A stretch of DNA of 64,000 nt from Epiperipatus broadwayi (GCA_028023455.1 JAQFVV010000003.1:13206001-13270000); one strand, 5' to 3'. Counted from the stretch's first letter, positions 1-11,599 are shown. Made by a program: numbers and translations. The notes: a model not told the origin generated them from the letters alone.

Positions 1-414
1 CCAAGATTTATTTAATTTTTAAGTCCATCATTCAAGTGAGTGCCATTTTTTAAGAAGTACATAAGGAATAGTGACTATCTAGTGATGGAATTAGCAGAGT
101 CATATATAAAAGACAGATATAGGCAAAGAGGATATGGTAAAAGGAGCAGAAGACAAAGAGTCTGGGAAGAAAATGACAAAACAGAGGCATTTGAAAAACT
201 TAAATCAGAATAAAGATTAAATATAAAGTTTGCATATTTAAATAATATAGAAATTATTAAACAAATGTCAATTAAAAGATAGTATTAGAATGGATTCAAT
301 TTATATTAAATAAATTATTAAAACAATGTATAAATCAAAACAAAGACCTATTATAATTGCTCTAAAAAGCTTTGTTGATAAAATGCTAGCAAGAGAAAGC
401 ATTTAAAATATCTC

Positions 415-640
415 CATCAGAAACCATACTCAACCCCCAGTCCAATGGTTTTGTGCTCTGGCACTCCTCAGTGAGGTGCTAGGTAGTTTCAGACACTAGA
501 TCTAAAAGTACAAACCCAAAGCCAGTATTTATATAAAAGTTAATTATTGAGGAGAAAATCTGACATTTTTAGATACCTATATGTCTTCAAGCCCAGATAT
601 CCAACTCAAATACCTATTTGGGGCTGAGAGATGTTCATCC
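415..640. mobile_element. Short fold-back insertion related to the 60047-60303 element, with a degenerate HHR on the minus strand (435-476)
   Basis: Minus strand reads CCTCA-CTGAGGA-GTGC caga GCAC-aAAA-CCATTGG-ac-TGGGG. It shares ctcctcagtgaggtgctagg with the 60 kb element and has a short inverted copy near 617-640. Confidence 0.55.
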
Positions 641-777
641 AAATCATATATTAGTAGTCTTAGAAACATAATATTACTTAAGACTTAAAAGCAAAGACTA
701 TAAATAGTCAATAAAAATAAAAAAGTCATATATCATATGACTCAATTTTTTAAGCTTGTAAATAAAAACAAAGAGCT

Positions 778-1778
778 TTGCTAATTGCTTTAACAAGCTT
801 TCTTCATAAAGAAAATAATCCATTGAGACTATTGTTTAATTTTACTAATTTTATTCTACAAAGATTTTGTAAGTATTTAAATAAGTGGATAGTAAATATT
901 ATTGGTTATGGGGAGTTTTGTATTAAAAATACAGAGGCTATTATAAATAAGTTAAATATGATAAAATTGAGTAGAAACCAAAGTATATTTGTAATGGATA
1001 TTGAAAAGATGTATCCTAGCATTCCAAGAACAAAAAGTATAGAAATATTAATACAGAAATTATATATGCATATTAATGATATAGCGGTAATTAATATTAT
1101 AAAAGAAAGTTTAATTTTAATACATAATAGTTTGTATTTTAAATATAATAGTGAATATTGAAGTATACATAAGGGATGGGTAATGGGGTGTGCAATTAGT
1201 GGATTAATGCCATCAATATTTATCACAAAATGGAAATGAAAATTGTTAATAGTAGAATAGAAAATCAAGATATAATACATTACTTTAGATATGTTGATGA
1301 TACATTAATAATTGGTAATAAAAGAGCTATAAAGAAAACATATAATGAACTTAATAATAATATGGATAATATAAAATTTACAATTATAGAAATTGATGTT
1401 AAAATAAAATGTTTAGATATAGAGATAGATGATAATAATATAATTACATTAAAACACTTCATTAAAGAAGATAAATTAAGGAAAATAATTTTTATGGATT
1501 CACAACAGGCATGGATACAAAAAATGGCAGTTATTAAAAATTTTAAAAACAAAAATGATAAATATAATACAGATAGGAAGATAGCTACTTTGCAAAAAGA
1601 GAAATTTATAGAGTTATATACTAGTTATGGATATAACCCTAGAAGCATTAAAAATATATTTTTTAATTATAAACAAAATAATTTGGGTAATAAGAGTGAA
1701 CCAGAAAATATAAAATGGATAAAACTTTCATATGTTCCTAAAATTTATAATACATTATTAAAAAATAAAATTATATAG
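778..1778 (+). pseudogene. PLE reverse transcriptase and thumb, broken by stops and frameshifts
   Basis: ORFs 778-1161 and 1230-1778 carry RT motifs A and C; motif B (GWVMG) lies in a third frame between them. Confidence 0.9.
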
Positions 1779-1844
1779 ATCAAAATATTAAAATAGGATG
1801 GTCAAACAGTAAAACTCTTGATATATTAGTAGGAAATAATAAGA

Positions 1845-2490
1845 CTACAACAAAACACAAAAGATAACAGACAACATCTAATTATACCCTACATATCTAC
1901 AATAGCTAAAAATTTCAGTAAAATATTACAGAAGGAATTCAAACTTGGATCAGAATACCTCCAAACACAAATAGACTCATCAACAACACCAAAGATAAAA
2001 GAAATATAGAAGAAACCCCCCATGTCATTTATAAAATTGTGTGCCCGCAGACGGGATGTGATTCGGTATATTATGGGGAAACTCGGGCCACAGTGAGCAA
2101 TAGACTGGCTCAGCATATATATATATACAAAAGCCACAACTAAAGGATAGGGCAGCTCAGTATTTTCTGATCATCAGCAGGAGCAAAGCCATATATTTGA
2201 GCCGTCTAAAGCCGACATCGTGTGCACAGAGAGGAACGATGTTAAGAGGAAGATTAAGGAGGCATGTTACATCACCAGCGATGCCATGTCAATCAATAGA
2301 AAAGGCACGTGCTTCGTGATCTCAAAAAGATGGATGTTATAATTTGCATGCATTTGCATAGAATCAACAGCATGTAAAAAGGACTATGATTATGGAGCTG
2401 TAGGTGCTCCGAAAGCACTAAGTCCATAAATAGAGGCTCACTAATAACAAACTTATGGTTTCACCTTAGCTATTAATCTTAGCTTAACAG
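1845..2490 (+). mobile_element. Nested 3' fragment of a second PLE family (linker + GIY-YIG + 3' UTR with HHR-like motif)
   Basis: Translates to LIIPYISTIAKNFSKILQK and HVIYKIVCPQTGCDSVYYGETRATVSNRLAQH...SSVFSDHQQEQSHIFE...KRKIKEACYI...INRKG...ISKRW. Visibly GC-richer than the host. Flanked by TAAGA at 1840-1844 and 2491-2495. Confidence 0.85.
2381..2425 (+). ncRNA. Degenerate minimal type I hammerhead ribozyme in the nested PLE 3' end
   Basis: GGACT-atgatta-t-GGAGC tgtaggt GCTCC-GAAA-gcac-ta-AGTCC. Helix I and helix II pair perfectly and GAAA is intact; the core differs from CTGATGA at two positions. Confidence 0.65.
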
Positions 2491-2521
2491 TAAGATAAAA
2501 GATTATATAAAATATAAAAAG

Positions 2522-2854
2522 GGTATCGTATATAAAATTATTTGTGGGGTTTGCAGTATGGTTTATTATGGACATACATCAAAACAATTAGAAGAAAGGA
2601 CTAAAGAGCATAATAAAGCTATTAATAGAAGAGATGACAGGTCTGCATTATATGTTCATTACTTAAAATATGGACATAGAATAGATTGTGTTAAGAATAT
2701 AAGTCCATTAAATTATATTAAAGATATTAATAGAAGAAAAATATATGAAACCAATTACATTAATTATAACAGAAATAATTGTATGAACATTTATAAAACA
2801 TCAATTAATTTAACTAATAATTGGATAATGAAAAATGAATGGACGGTTGTATAA
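2522..2854 (+). pseudogene. GIY-YIG endonuclease domain of the host PLE
   Basis: In-frame extension of ORF 2558-2854 upstream gives GIVYKIICGVCSMVYYG...ERTKEH...SALYVHYLKYGH, the CxxC-containing PLE GIY-YIG pattern. Confidence 0.9.
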
Positions 2855-2959
2855 TATGTGTTGTTATAAAGATATTTAAGTGTAATTATAGGTTTGTGTT
2901 AATTTTATATAGAGCCGATGTCACTATGTATGCAGTATAGGTTATTTTTGTAATTAAGC

Positions 2960-3010
2960 CATATTGAAAAGAGCAAAAATTTAAAATTTGCCGAAAAGAG
3001 CTTTTATATG
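2960..3010 (+). ncRNA. Candidate hammerhead (U3-A8 core variant) in the host PLE 3' end
   Basis: CATA-TTGAAAA-ga-GCAAA...TTTGC-c-GAAA-agagcttt-TA-TATG. Helix I is cata/tatg; helix III is self-complementary with wobbles. Confidence 0.5.
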
Positions 3011-3574
3011 TTTTATTTGTGATGATTATATAACTATATTACAGTTATTGTTATATATCATTTTGTTGTTTTAAAGATATTTTATTATATCTATGATTTA
3101 TTTTTAATTTGAATAAGCAACATAAAGGATTTATTCCTTGTATTTTAGATGTTAAATATATATATAAGTATCCTATCACAATAAAATCAACCCTACAAAA
3201 CAAATTATTTCTACACATCTAAACCTATAAGAATATATATTTAAATTCATGAGAAAAATTGTTAAACATTTATCTCTAAAATTACAAAAACATCTAAATA
3301 GTAAAAGATAAAAAAACAGTAAATCCCTCCCTCAATTTAAAAAAAAAAAGTACGGGGGGGGGGGGTTACCAGAGTAGACAATTTGCCAGTTAGTAAGAAC
3401 TTTCTGATGTCTTTTCTTGTTTTACTTTCTAGATAAGGGTAGCCAGATACTGACCAGTAATAGAATAACCAAACAAACTCTATCTTTGATTGAAAATCAT
3501 CAGCTAAACAATTCAAAACTCTATCCAAACTCAAACCTTATGGGATAGATTTATAACAGATTTACCTTTTACAC

Positions 3575-3770
3575 CACATGATCGCCATCCTTGATCAAGC
3601 TGTTAAAACAGGCAAAACTCTCCATATACTAATGCCACTCAGTGCAAGCCAAAGGAATCAATGGATGCCAGAAGGTTTGATAGAGATTTTATGCACAAAC
3701 CTTCTGGCATCCATTGATTACTTTGGCTTGCACTGAGTGGCATTACTGCATGGAGAGTTTTGCCAGCTTT
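3575..3770. repeat. Family A truncated fold-back (arms ~3611-3679 and 3696-3764)
   Basis: ggcaaaactctcc...gccagaaggtttg is mirrored by caaaccttctggc...ggagagttttgcc; same sequence as the 4650-6650 units. Confidence 0.9.
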
Positions 3771-6010
3771 AACTTTTGTTAAGAAAACAATATAAAATAC
3801 TGAAAGCTAATTTATTTTTTATAAATACATCAAATAATATATTTTTCTTTATATCTTTTTATTTAATAAAATTGTCTCAAATGTACTTCAAAATCAGCAA
3901 TAAGTCTGCAGTCTAAATAATTTTCAAAAGCATTTTCAAATTTTATTTGTAATCTAATGACAAGCAAGCGTTTAGTTGAAACATATCTCCCATCCCCGCA
4001 ATTTTTTTTTTTTAAATAAAAAAAAAAAGCTTTAAAAAAATAAGATTAAGTTTAATATAATTTCCATATTAAAAGAATCTGCTTGCGCCAAAAAATCAAA
4101 TATAAATTTATTTTATTTTTCCTACTTGACATAGCATAAATGATAATAATTTCATATGAAGTTTGAGCACAACACTGTTATTGCACTAAATTGGCAGCCA
4201 CAGAAGTAACAATAATAACAATACCATGTGACATTCAATAATAGTTGAACCTAATAATTCTCTTTGACTCAAACTCAAATTTGTCTTATATTAATCATTT
4301 GAGAAATGATTTTGTAATATTTAGCTTTTGAGTCTATCATTCTTCATCTGTGCTAAACCATTTGGGGAAAGCATCAGATAATGTTAATGTAAATTGTAGA
4401 AGATGGTCTACTGGAATTTGGACAATCTATCTACTGGATAGCAAAATATATACAGATATAAAAAATAAAATCAAAAAAAAAAAAAAGTAAAATACTCTAT
4501 ACATATTACTATGACCCATCCAAATAATAATAATAATTTTATTGACAATAGTAAATCTGGCAAGTGTAATTTATTATACTGTAACAATAACATCAACAAA
4601 TATTTGAATATTACTAATTTCAAAATAAAAAACTGCCTTTTTTATGTTTAAAGTAGGCAAAACTCTTCATACAGTACTATCACTCTGTGCAAGCCAGAGT
4701 AATCAATGGATGCCAGAAGACTTGGGCATAAAATCCCTATCTAGTGCCTACTCATCCAATATCCCCAGACTAGTTTCTAGCTTGTGGCCTTTGTTAGTGA
4801 GGAACCTTGGATCTGAGAGCACTGCACCTACATCTTAAGATCTAATACAACCCTCCAGCAGCCACTTTTTATCTCTACTTAACTACCAAAACTATGAGAA
4901 TAAAATTGAAAACAATAATATTTTCAATCTAAGCTCATTAGCTTATATAGTCATATAGGTCTGAGCTCAGTCCAGTACTCATACATTTTGCTTGTTTCTT
5001 TAATAATCATATCCATAATTATTCTATTATTAGGCATGATTAATATTAAACCACCAAACATCATATGATCACCTTTTCCTATGCTTGCTCATAACTGTTA
5101 TTAAAATAGGCAAAACTCTTAATACAGAAGTGCCACTCTCAGATCCAAGGTTCCTCATTGACAAAGGCCACAAGCCAGAAACTAGTCTGGGAATACTGGA
5201 TGAGTAGGCAATAGATAGGAGTTTATACACAAGCCTTCTGGCATCCGTGGATCTACTCTGGCTTGCATAGAGTGGCACTACTGTATGAAGAGTTTTGCCT
5301 GTTTTAATAACAGTTATGAGCAAGCATAGGAAATAGTGATCATGTGATGTTTGGTGGTTTACTACCAATCTTGCCTAATAGGATAGTAGTGGCTATAGTT
5401 ATTAAAGAACCAAAGACACCAAAATGTATGAGTATTGAACTGAGTTCAGACCCATATGACTATATAAGCTAATGAGCTCAGATTGAAAACATTGTTTTCA
5501 ATTTTATTTTCATAGTTTTATAGTTAGAGATAAAATATGGATACTGGAGGGTTGCATTAGATCCTAAGATCTAGGTAGAATGCCATAAGCCAGAAACTAG
5601 TCTGGGGATATTGGATGAGTAGGCACTAGATAGATTTTATGTACAAGCCTTCTGGCATCTATTGATTACTCTGGCTTGCACAGAGTGGCACCACTGTACA
5701 AAGTTTTTCCTGTTTTAATAACAGTTATGAGCAAGCACAGGAAATGGTGATCATGTGATGTTTGGTGGTTTAATACCAATCCTGCCTAATAGGATAATGA
5801 TGGCTATGGTTATTAAAAAACCAAAGACACCAAAATGTATCGCTACTGAACTAAGTTCAAACTTATATGTCTATATAAGCTAATGAGATTAGATTGAAAA
5901 TATTATTGTTTTCAAATTTTATTCTCTTAGTTAAGAAGAGATAAAAGGTGGCTGCTGGAGGGTTGCATTAGATCCTAAGATTTAGCTTCAGTGCTCTCAG
6001 ATCCAATGTT

Positions 6011-6051
6011 CATCACTGATGAAGGCCACAAAGCAGAAACTAGTCTGGTGA
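6011..6051 (+). ncRNA. Minimal type I hammerhead ribozyme motif (family A), GUC cleavage triplet
   Basis: CATCA-CTGATGA-A-GGCCACAAAGC-A-GAAA-CTAG-TC-TGGTG. Core intact, palindromic ACTAGT helix III, 5 bp helix I. Confidence 0.75.
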
Positions 6052-6452
6052 TATTGGATGAGTAAGCACTAGATAGGGATTTTATGTACAAGCCTTCTGG
6101 CATCTATTGATTACTCTGGCTTGCACAGAGTGGCACTACTGTACAAAGTTTTTCCTGTTTTAATAACAGTTATGAGCAAGCATAGGAAATGGTGATCATG
6201 TGATGTTTGGTGGTTTAATGCCAATCCTGCCTAATAGGATAATGATGGCTATGGTTATTAAAGAACCAAAGACACCAAAATGTATCGGTACTGAATTAAG
6301 CTCAAACTTATATGACTATATAAGCTAATGAGCTTAGATTGAAAATATTGTTTTCAAATTTTATTCTCATAGTTAAAAAGAGATAAAAGGTGGCTGCTGG
6401 AGGGTTGCATTAGATCCTAAGATTTAGCTTCAGTGCTCTCAGATCCAATGTT

Positions 6453-6492
6453 CATCACTGACGAAGGCCACAAAGCAGAAACTAGTATGGTG
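6453..6492 (+). ncRNA. Minimal type I hammerhead ribozyme motif (family A), GUA triplet
   Basis: CATCA-CTGACGA-A-GGCCACAAAGC-A-GAAA-CTAG-TA-TGGTG, exactly 442 bp after the previous copy. Confidence 0.72.
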
Positions 6493-6799
6493 ATATTGGA
6501 TCAGTAAGCACTAGATAGGGATTTTATGCACAAGCCTTCTGGCATCTATTGATTACTCTGGCTTGTACAGAGTGACGCTACTGTGTGAAGAGTTTTGCCT
6601 ATTCTAATAACTGTCATGAACAAGCATAGGAAATGGTGATCATGTGATATGTTTAAAGTAGTAAGGACTTTTTTAATTATATGGATAAGAGCTGAGAGGC
6701 ATTTCTTGTGAAATGACATTAAAATATCAAATTATTTATTGCATTTGTTGGAAACTGTAATACTTCATAAACTGTATAGAGCCAAAATATATACATTTT

Positions 6800-7612
6800 A
6801 TAATAAATCACTAGAAAGCAGTGCTAGAATACATCGCTAGTACTACCTGTATTTACAAACACAAAATCTGAATAAAACAGCATAGGTAAAAAGATAATCT
6901 TTTATTTATTAAAACATGAAATGAGAATTTACATAAGCTAAAATCTTAAAAGCTAATACAAACATATTGTATGTTTCATATACAAAATACGAATAATAAG
7001 TAATCAATTTATGCTTTGAAAAAACTCCAAACATAACTATATAAGAATAAATCAATGAATGCATACTGCTAAATGAAATTCAAATATAGTAAATCAATAC
7101 AAACCAATGCAAGTCTATGTCAGCATTGCTACCTATATTTACAAACACAAACTATATTTACAAACACAAAGTCTAAATAGAGCAGCATAGATAGAAGGTA
7201 ACTTCTTATCTATTAAAACACAAGTTGATAAATATAGTGATTTTCATAATATTTTAACTTGAAAAATAAATTTAAATAAGATATGATCCTAAAAGCTAAT
7301 TATTATGTTTAGAGTTTTTTCAAAGTTTAAATTGATTATTTATTAATCATACATTGTATATGAAACATAAAATACATTTATTTATTAGCTTTTAGATCTT
7401 AGCTAATTAACATTCATGCTTTGTGATTTCAATAATCTGGTTATTAGTATATTATCTACTTGTGGTAAGAGGTTACCTTTTACCTATATTGCCTTATTCA
7501 GACTTTGGGTTCATAAATACAAGCAGCACTGCTGAAATATTCTGGCATTGGTTTGTATTGATTTACTACATTTGAATTTCAGTAGCAGTGTAAAGTCAAT
7601 GATTTATTTTAT
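6800..7612. repeat. Family F: old ~290 bp tandem unit plus inverted arm
   Basis: tatttacaaacacaaa recurs at ~6848 and ~7136. ctttgaaaaaactccaaacataa (~7015-7037) is mirrored at ~7302-7324, and gtaaatcaatacaaaccaatgc is mirrored at ~7543-7567. Confidence 0.75.
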
Positions 7613-10600
7613 AAAATGTAGGCAGTCATAACAAGGAAAGCAATACAAAAAGTATTCCACAAGAAATTAATTGAAGGCTAGATATGTGCTAAATAAAAAC
7701 AGAAAATAAAGTAATTCTTAAAAATAAATATACACTTTCACTCTAGTTAATGACAAACCTTTCTGTGAGAATTCACCATAATAATCATTGTCAATTTGAA
7801 TTCTCTATTTTGATTTATAATCCAATTATTTGCTATAATGAACTTTTTTAAAAAAAATTGAAACTTTTTAAAAAGCAACTGCTATTTTAAAAAATCAGCC
7901 ATTTTGTAAATTTGATGATATCATAGGATAATTCATTAAATCTATGTCATTTTAAAATAAAATGGTGGCATGCAATAGTAAAGAGATTGTTCATTATAAA
8001 ATATATAATCTATTTTGATTAAAGAATTAAAATATGATTAATGCACAGGATTTTATCTAATTTTCATCCAATGTCCTTGTAAAACAAACAATGCTTTCAA
8101 TAATGATATATCCAAAGTAAAGATGATTTTCATCATTAAGGACTAAAACAAAAAGGAATGCTAGTTTTATTCAGTTCAATAACTAATCAAATGTATACTT
8201 TAATCACCACATACATTAACCAAGTCATTAATATAAAATTTTAAATTGTGTCTATTAGCTTTACTCAATTAATTTTATGGATTAAAATTCTTATGATCAT
8301 TATTTTGCCTACAGCAAAACATATGATCATCATAATTGTAAGTTATTTTGAGAAAAAAATGATTTCTTAAATTATGGCATTAATAATCAACTTCATATGA
8401 TCAAATATTATTAAAAACAAATTTAAATTATTTATTTACTAAATTTTAAAACAATCTCATGATTCATTTGTGAACATTTTCAAAAAAATATATTTAATCG
8501 TTTACATTATTAAAACTATGGCAATCAATTGTACATGATACTTCTTTGTCTAATTTTGACTGTAATTATGAAATAAATACATTTATGAATTATTGTTTTA
8601 AAAAAATACCAGCTCTGCAAAAATAAAAATATTATTGGTTAGATATTACAATAAAACGCTTTGATAATAAAACAAAGTATACCAAAAATAAATTTTAAAA
8701 TGTACATTGTGCTAAATTAATTTTTTTTTTACATGTTTATTGTGGTTAGTTATTTCTTTTTCAACATGCTTTATTTAAATTTAATGAATTACCATATAAT
8801 TCATGAAATATTCCCTGCCTATATATAAAGCAAAATGTTTGTTTAATAAAATGTTTATTCGTTAATTAACACTTTTCTCAATTTAAGTGTTATTTTTAAA
8901 TGGGTTTTTATATATTTTGAATTTAAAGTAATGAAGTAGTATTTTTCCTATAGGAATTCATTATAATTGTTTATATTTTATATAGTATTTTGATTTATGA
9001 GGCATTTTGGAAGTCTTTTCTTGTTTGGAAAGAAATTCATTAAATAAAATTGATAGCAACAAATGCGTTAAATAAAATATTCCATAATGGTAATATTGAA
9101 TATAAGTTTTGTTAGAAAATAATTTATAGTATATAAAAAAAATTATTTGCATCAAGAAGTGCCTTAAATAAAAGCATGTAAATAATTTATGCTTTGGCAA
9201 GCAAAGCAATGCAACAAAATACTCCACAAGAAACTAATTGATAAATATAAATATTTATTATTGAACATAGATCTATTTGAAAATAATTCTATGGTTACAA
9301 TATAATAAATTAAGTGGAACATATTGCTACCTACATTTTACGAAATGTATATTTTCAGCTGTATATATTTTATGCAAAAATAAATGCAACAAACATCTAG
9401 TTGATTTATAAATAACATGACTCGCAGTTCTTATCCCAAGTGGAAATTTTTTTTTATTACCTTAAAAATATTAGTTTAACAATTCATTGCTATTTTAAAA
9501 ACATTAAAAATGTCAGCTCTTTGTTTTGAAATTCACAATACTCAAATATTTATTATTTTAATTTCATTAAGAAAAATTACATTTGTGCTATTATCATTAA
9601 AATTATTTTGTCTTACTTTTTAAAAATAAGTGAATGGTTTTATTGTTCTGGATTTCATAAGAACTTTAAATTCTAGAGTTTGCCACTAACACTACTCTGT
9701 AACAAAAAAATATGTACCTTATAATTATTTTATATTTTCTTATTCTTTATGGATTACTTTTTTCAGTTCTATTCTGTGAATAGATAAATCATTCAAAATC
9801 AGATAGAATATGTATTATAACAGTAACAAAAAAACTTAACAATATGAAACCCACATAAATCTTTATTACTTTTCTAAACAAATGCTAAACAGCTGAACTT
9901 TTAAAAAGAGCACTGTGCACCATTTACTAAACAAAGTTATATTAAATTAACCATATATGTAGAAAAAATAATAATAGGCATGTATATTGAATATAATTTA
10001 TGAAAAATTGAGATGCGTAAGTAATAGAATACTATAAATTTTAAAATAATTCATCGTTAAAGTGGTAGTTCGCTATTGATTACTCTTTAATACTTACTAT
10101 CTCCTATTCTGAACTACATTGAAATTTTAATGTATTTTATAGTTCTGAATTACATTTATTATAAAATAAAGGAGCTTTCAAATTTACATATATGTAATAA
10201 ATCGAAAATTTAGTTCATGTTGATTTAAAATAGGAAAATAAGGGAGGGGAAATTTGGACATCATTCAAAATTATTTATACAGTACTGTGTTTTCTTTTAT
10301 TTTATTTAAGGTAAAAAACAGCCTTTGGCTACTTGTAAATTATGGAAGAAGGGTGATAAAATGGGTTGGAATGATTCATCAGTCACATGACAGATGACCT
10401 TGTTTAATTTTTTTTTTTTAAATTCATCTAATCAAATCCCCTCCGTCGTATCAGTTTCCATAATAAAATATTTTAGTATTATTACTTATACCAAGAATGT
10501 TTTGACTGGACAATCTGAGTCTTTATTGGATTCCAAGCTCGAGGGAAACTTTACCTGACGCAAAAGATTTTATCACCTTGATTATTCTTTGAGTCGTAAT

Positions 10601-11599
10601 GTTATTCAGAAGTGATTGTTTTTACCACCTGTATTTTAATACAATAATTTTGTATTTACTTTCAAAATTAAAATTACTTTCACTTTTGTTCCATTATTAA
10701 TCCTATTATTACTCAACAATAAATGTACTTTTAAAAAAAATACACAAAGCTGTATTTAGAGAGAAACCAAGTCAAGTGATTTTAAATTAATTATTTAATA
10801 CACAAGGAAATTAATTAAAAAAAATATATATGTAGGACAGGTAAGCCTACTCTTTCTGATTCCCCTCCCCTAAATCTATTTTGACAAATACAAAAAAAAT
10901 GTTTATAGAAAAAGTACTGATAACTATTATATATACATTTAGGATGTTCCAAGAATCCTTTTGCAGTTTGAATCATCTAAATGTTGCATCAATTAAATAT
11001 TTGAAGATCAATATAAGGGAACACCTTGGTTACCTGATGCAATGTCGATAGAATTTTTACGAGGGTGTGTGTGATTATATCAAAAAATTGTTTATTCATC
11101 AAAACCATGTTTTTTTAATGTTCTTTATGTATATTAAAATATAAAGGGCGTAATAGCTCTAAATAGTGAGATACTAGAAGTTGGGCAAGTAACTGTGATT
11201 ACACCATTGACTATTAAGTGGTGTCATTTATAGCCCTAGGTTGCCTAATTCCTAATTTTATTAGTCATAAAATAAAACATATTTTATAAAGTTGTGATAT
11301 GTTAGACCAAAAAAAGTAGGATGGTCACTTCATTGCAATATCAAAACGTCCATATTGATGTGTATATACAAAGGTAACCTTTTAAATAAAGAGGCCACTA
11401 CAGGGTAGAAACCTATCTAATAGCTCTTTCTAGAGGATCAATGAAGAAAAGAGGCATTAGATATCAAGCTTGCCAATTGCTGAGTGGTAAGGATTTGAGC
11501 AATTTTTCATCCTTGCTTTACTCTTTAATTAAGAATAGATGGTTATCCATTTACTGACCGTAGTTGGATTATCTGATTTGGCTATGAAAGAAAAATTCA

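Larger units (their letters stand above)
1..3050 (+). mobile_element. Decayed Penelope-like retroelement (PLE): RT followed by GIY-YIG endonuclease, frameshifted; 5' boundary unresolved
   Basis: PLE-type RT motifs across frames: HKENNPLR, DIEKMYPSIP (~997), GWVMGCAISG (1174), FRYVDD (1290), linker IKLSYVPKI and IKIGWSNSKTLDIL. C-terminal GIVYKIICGVCSMVYYGHTSKQLEERTKEH (2522 onward) with R and E catalytic-type residues (RRKIYETNYI). Confidence 0.92.
4648..6652. mobile_element. Family A: ~442 bp HHR-bearing tandem units; ~1.1 units in one orientation, then ~3.5 units inverted (retrozyme-like array)
   Basis: The GAAACTAGT motif recurs with GAAA at 5178, 5593, 6036 and 6478. The inversion junction has CTCT microhomology at 5136-5139. 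An inverted copy of the ribozyme lies at 4763-4802. Confidence 0.88.

Noticed and set aside
906-1552. Minus-strand ORFs 906-1280 and 1280-1552
   Set aside because: Antisense shadows of the AT-rich PLE RT; no recognisable motifs. The same applies to the minus-strand ORFs over the 43-47 kb LINE.
3354-3364. Poly-G/poly-C tracts (also ~13219, ~18848, ~32428) as G-quadruplexes
   Set aside because: Single homopolymer runs; nothing in the sequence indicates function.
4644-5368. ORFs inside family A (and 21946-23019 inside family C)
   Set aside because: The frames are not preserved between repeat copies and show no domain similarity.
7330-7545. Possible ribozyme in family F (gtatatGAAAcat; gcagcactgctGAAAtattc)
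   Set aside because: No CTGANGA or TTGANAA core at the right spacing.
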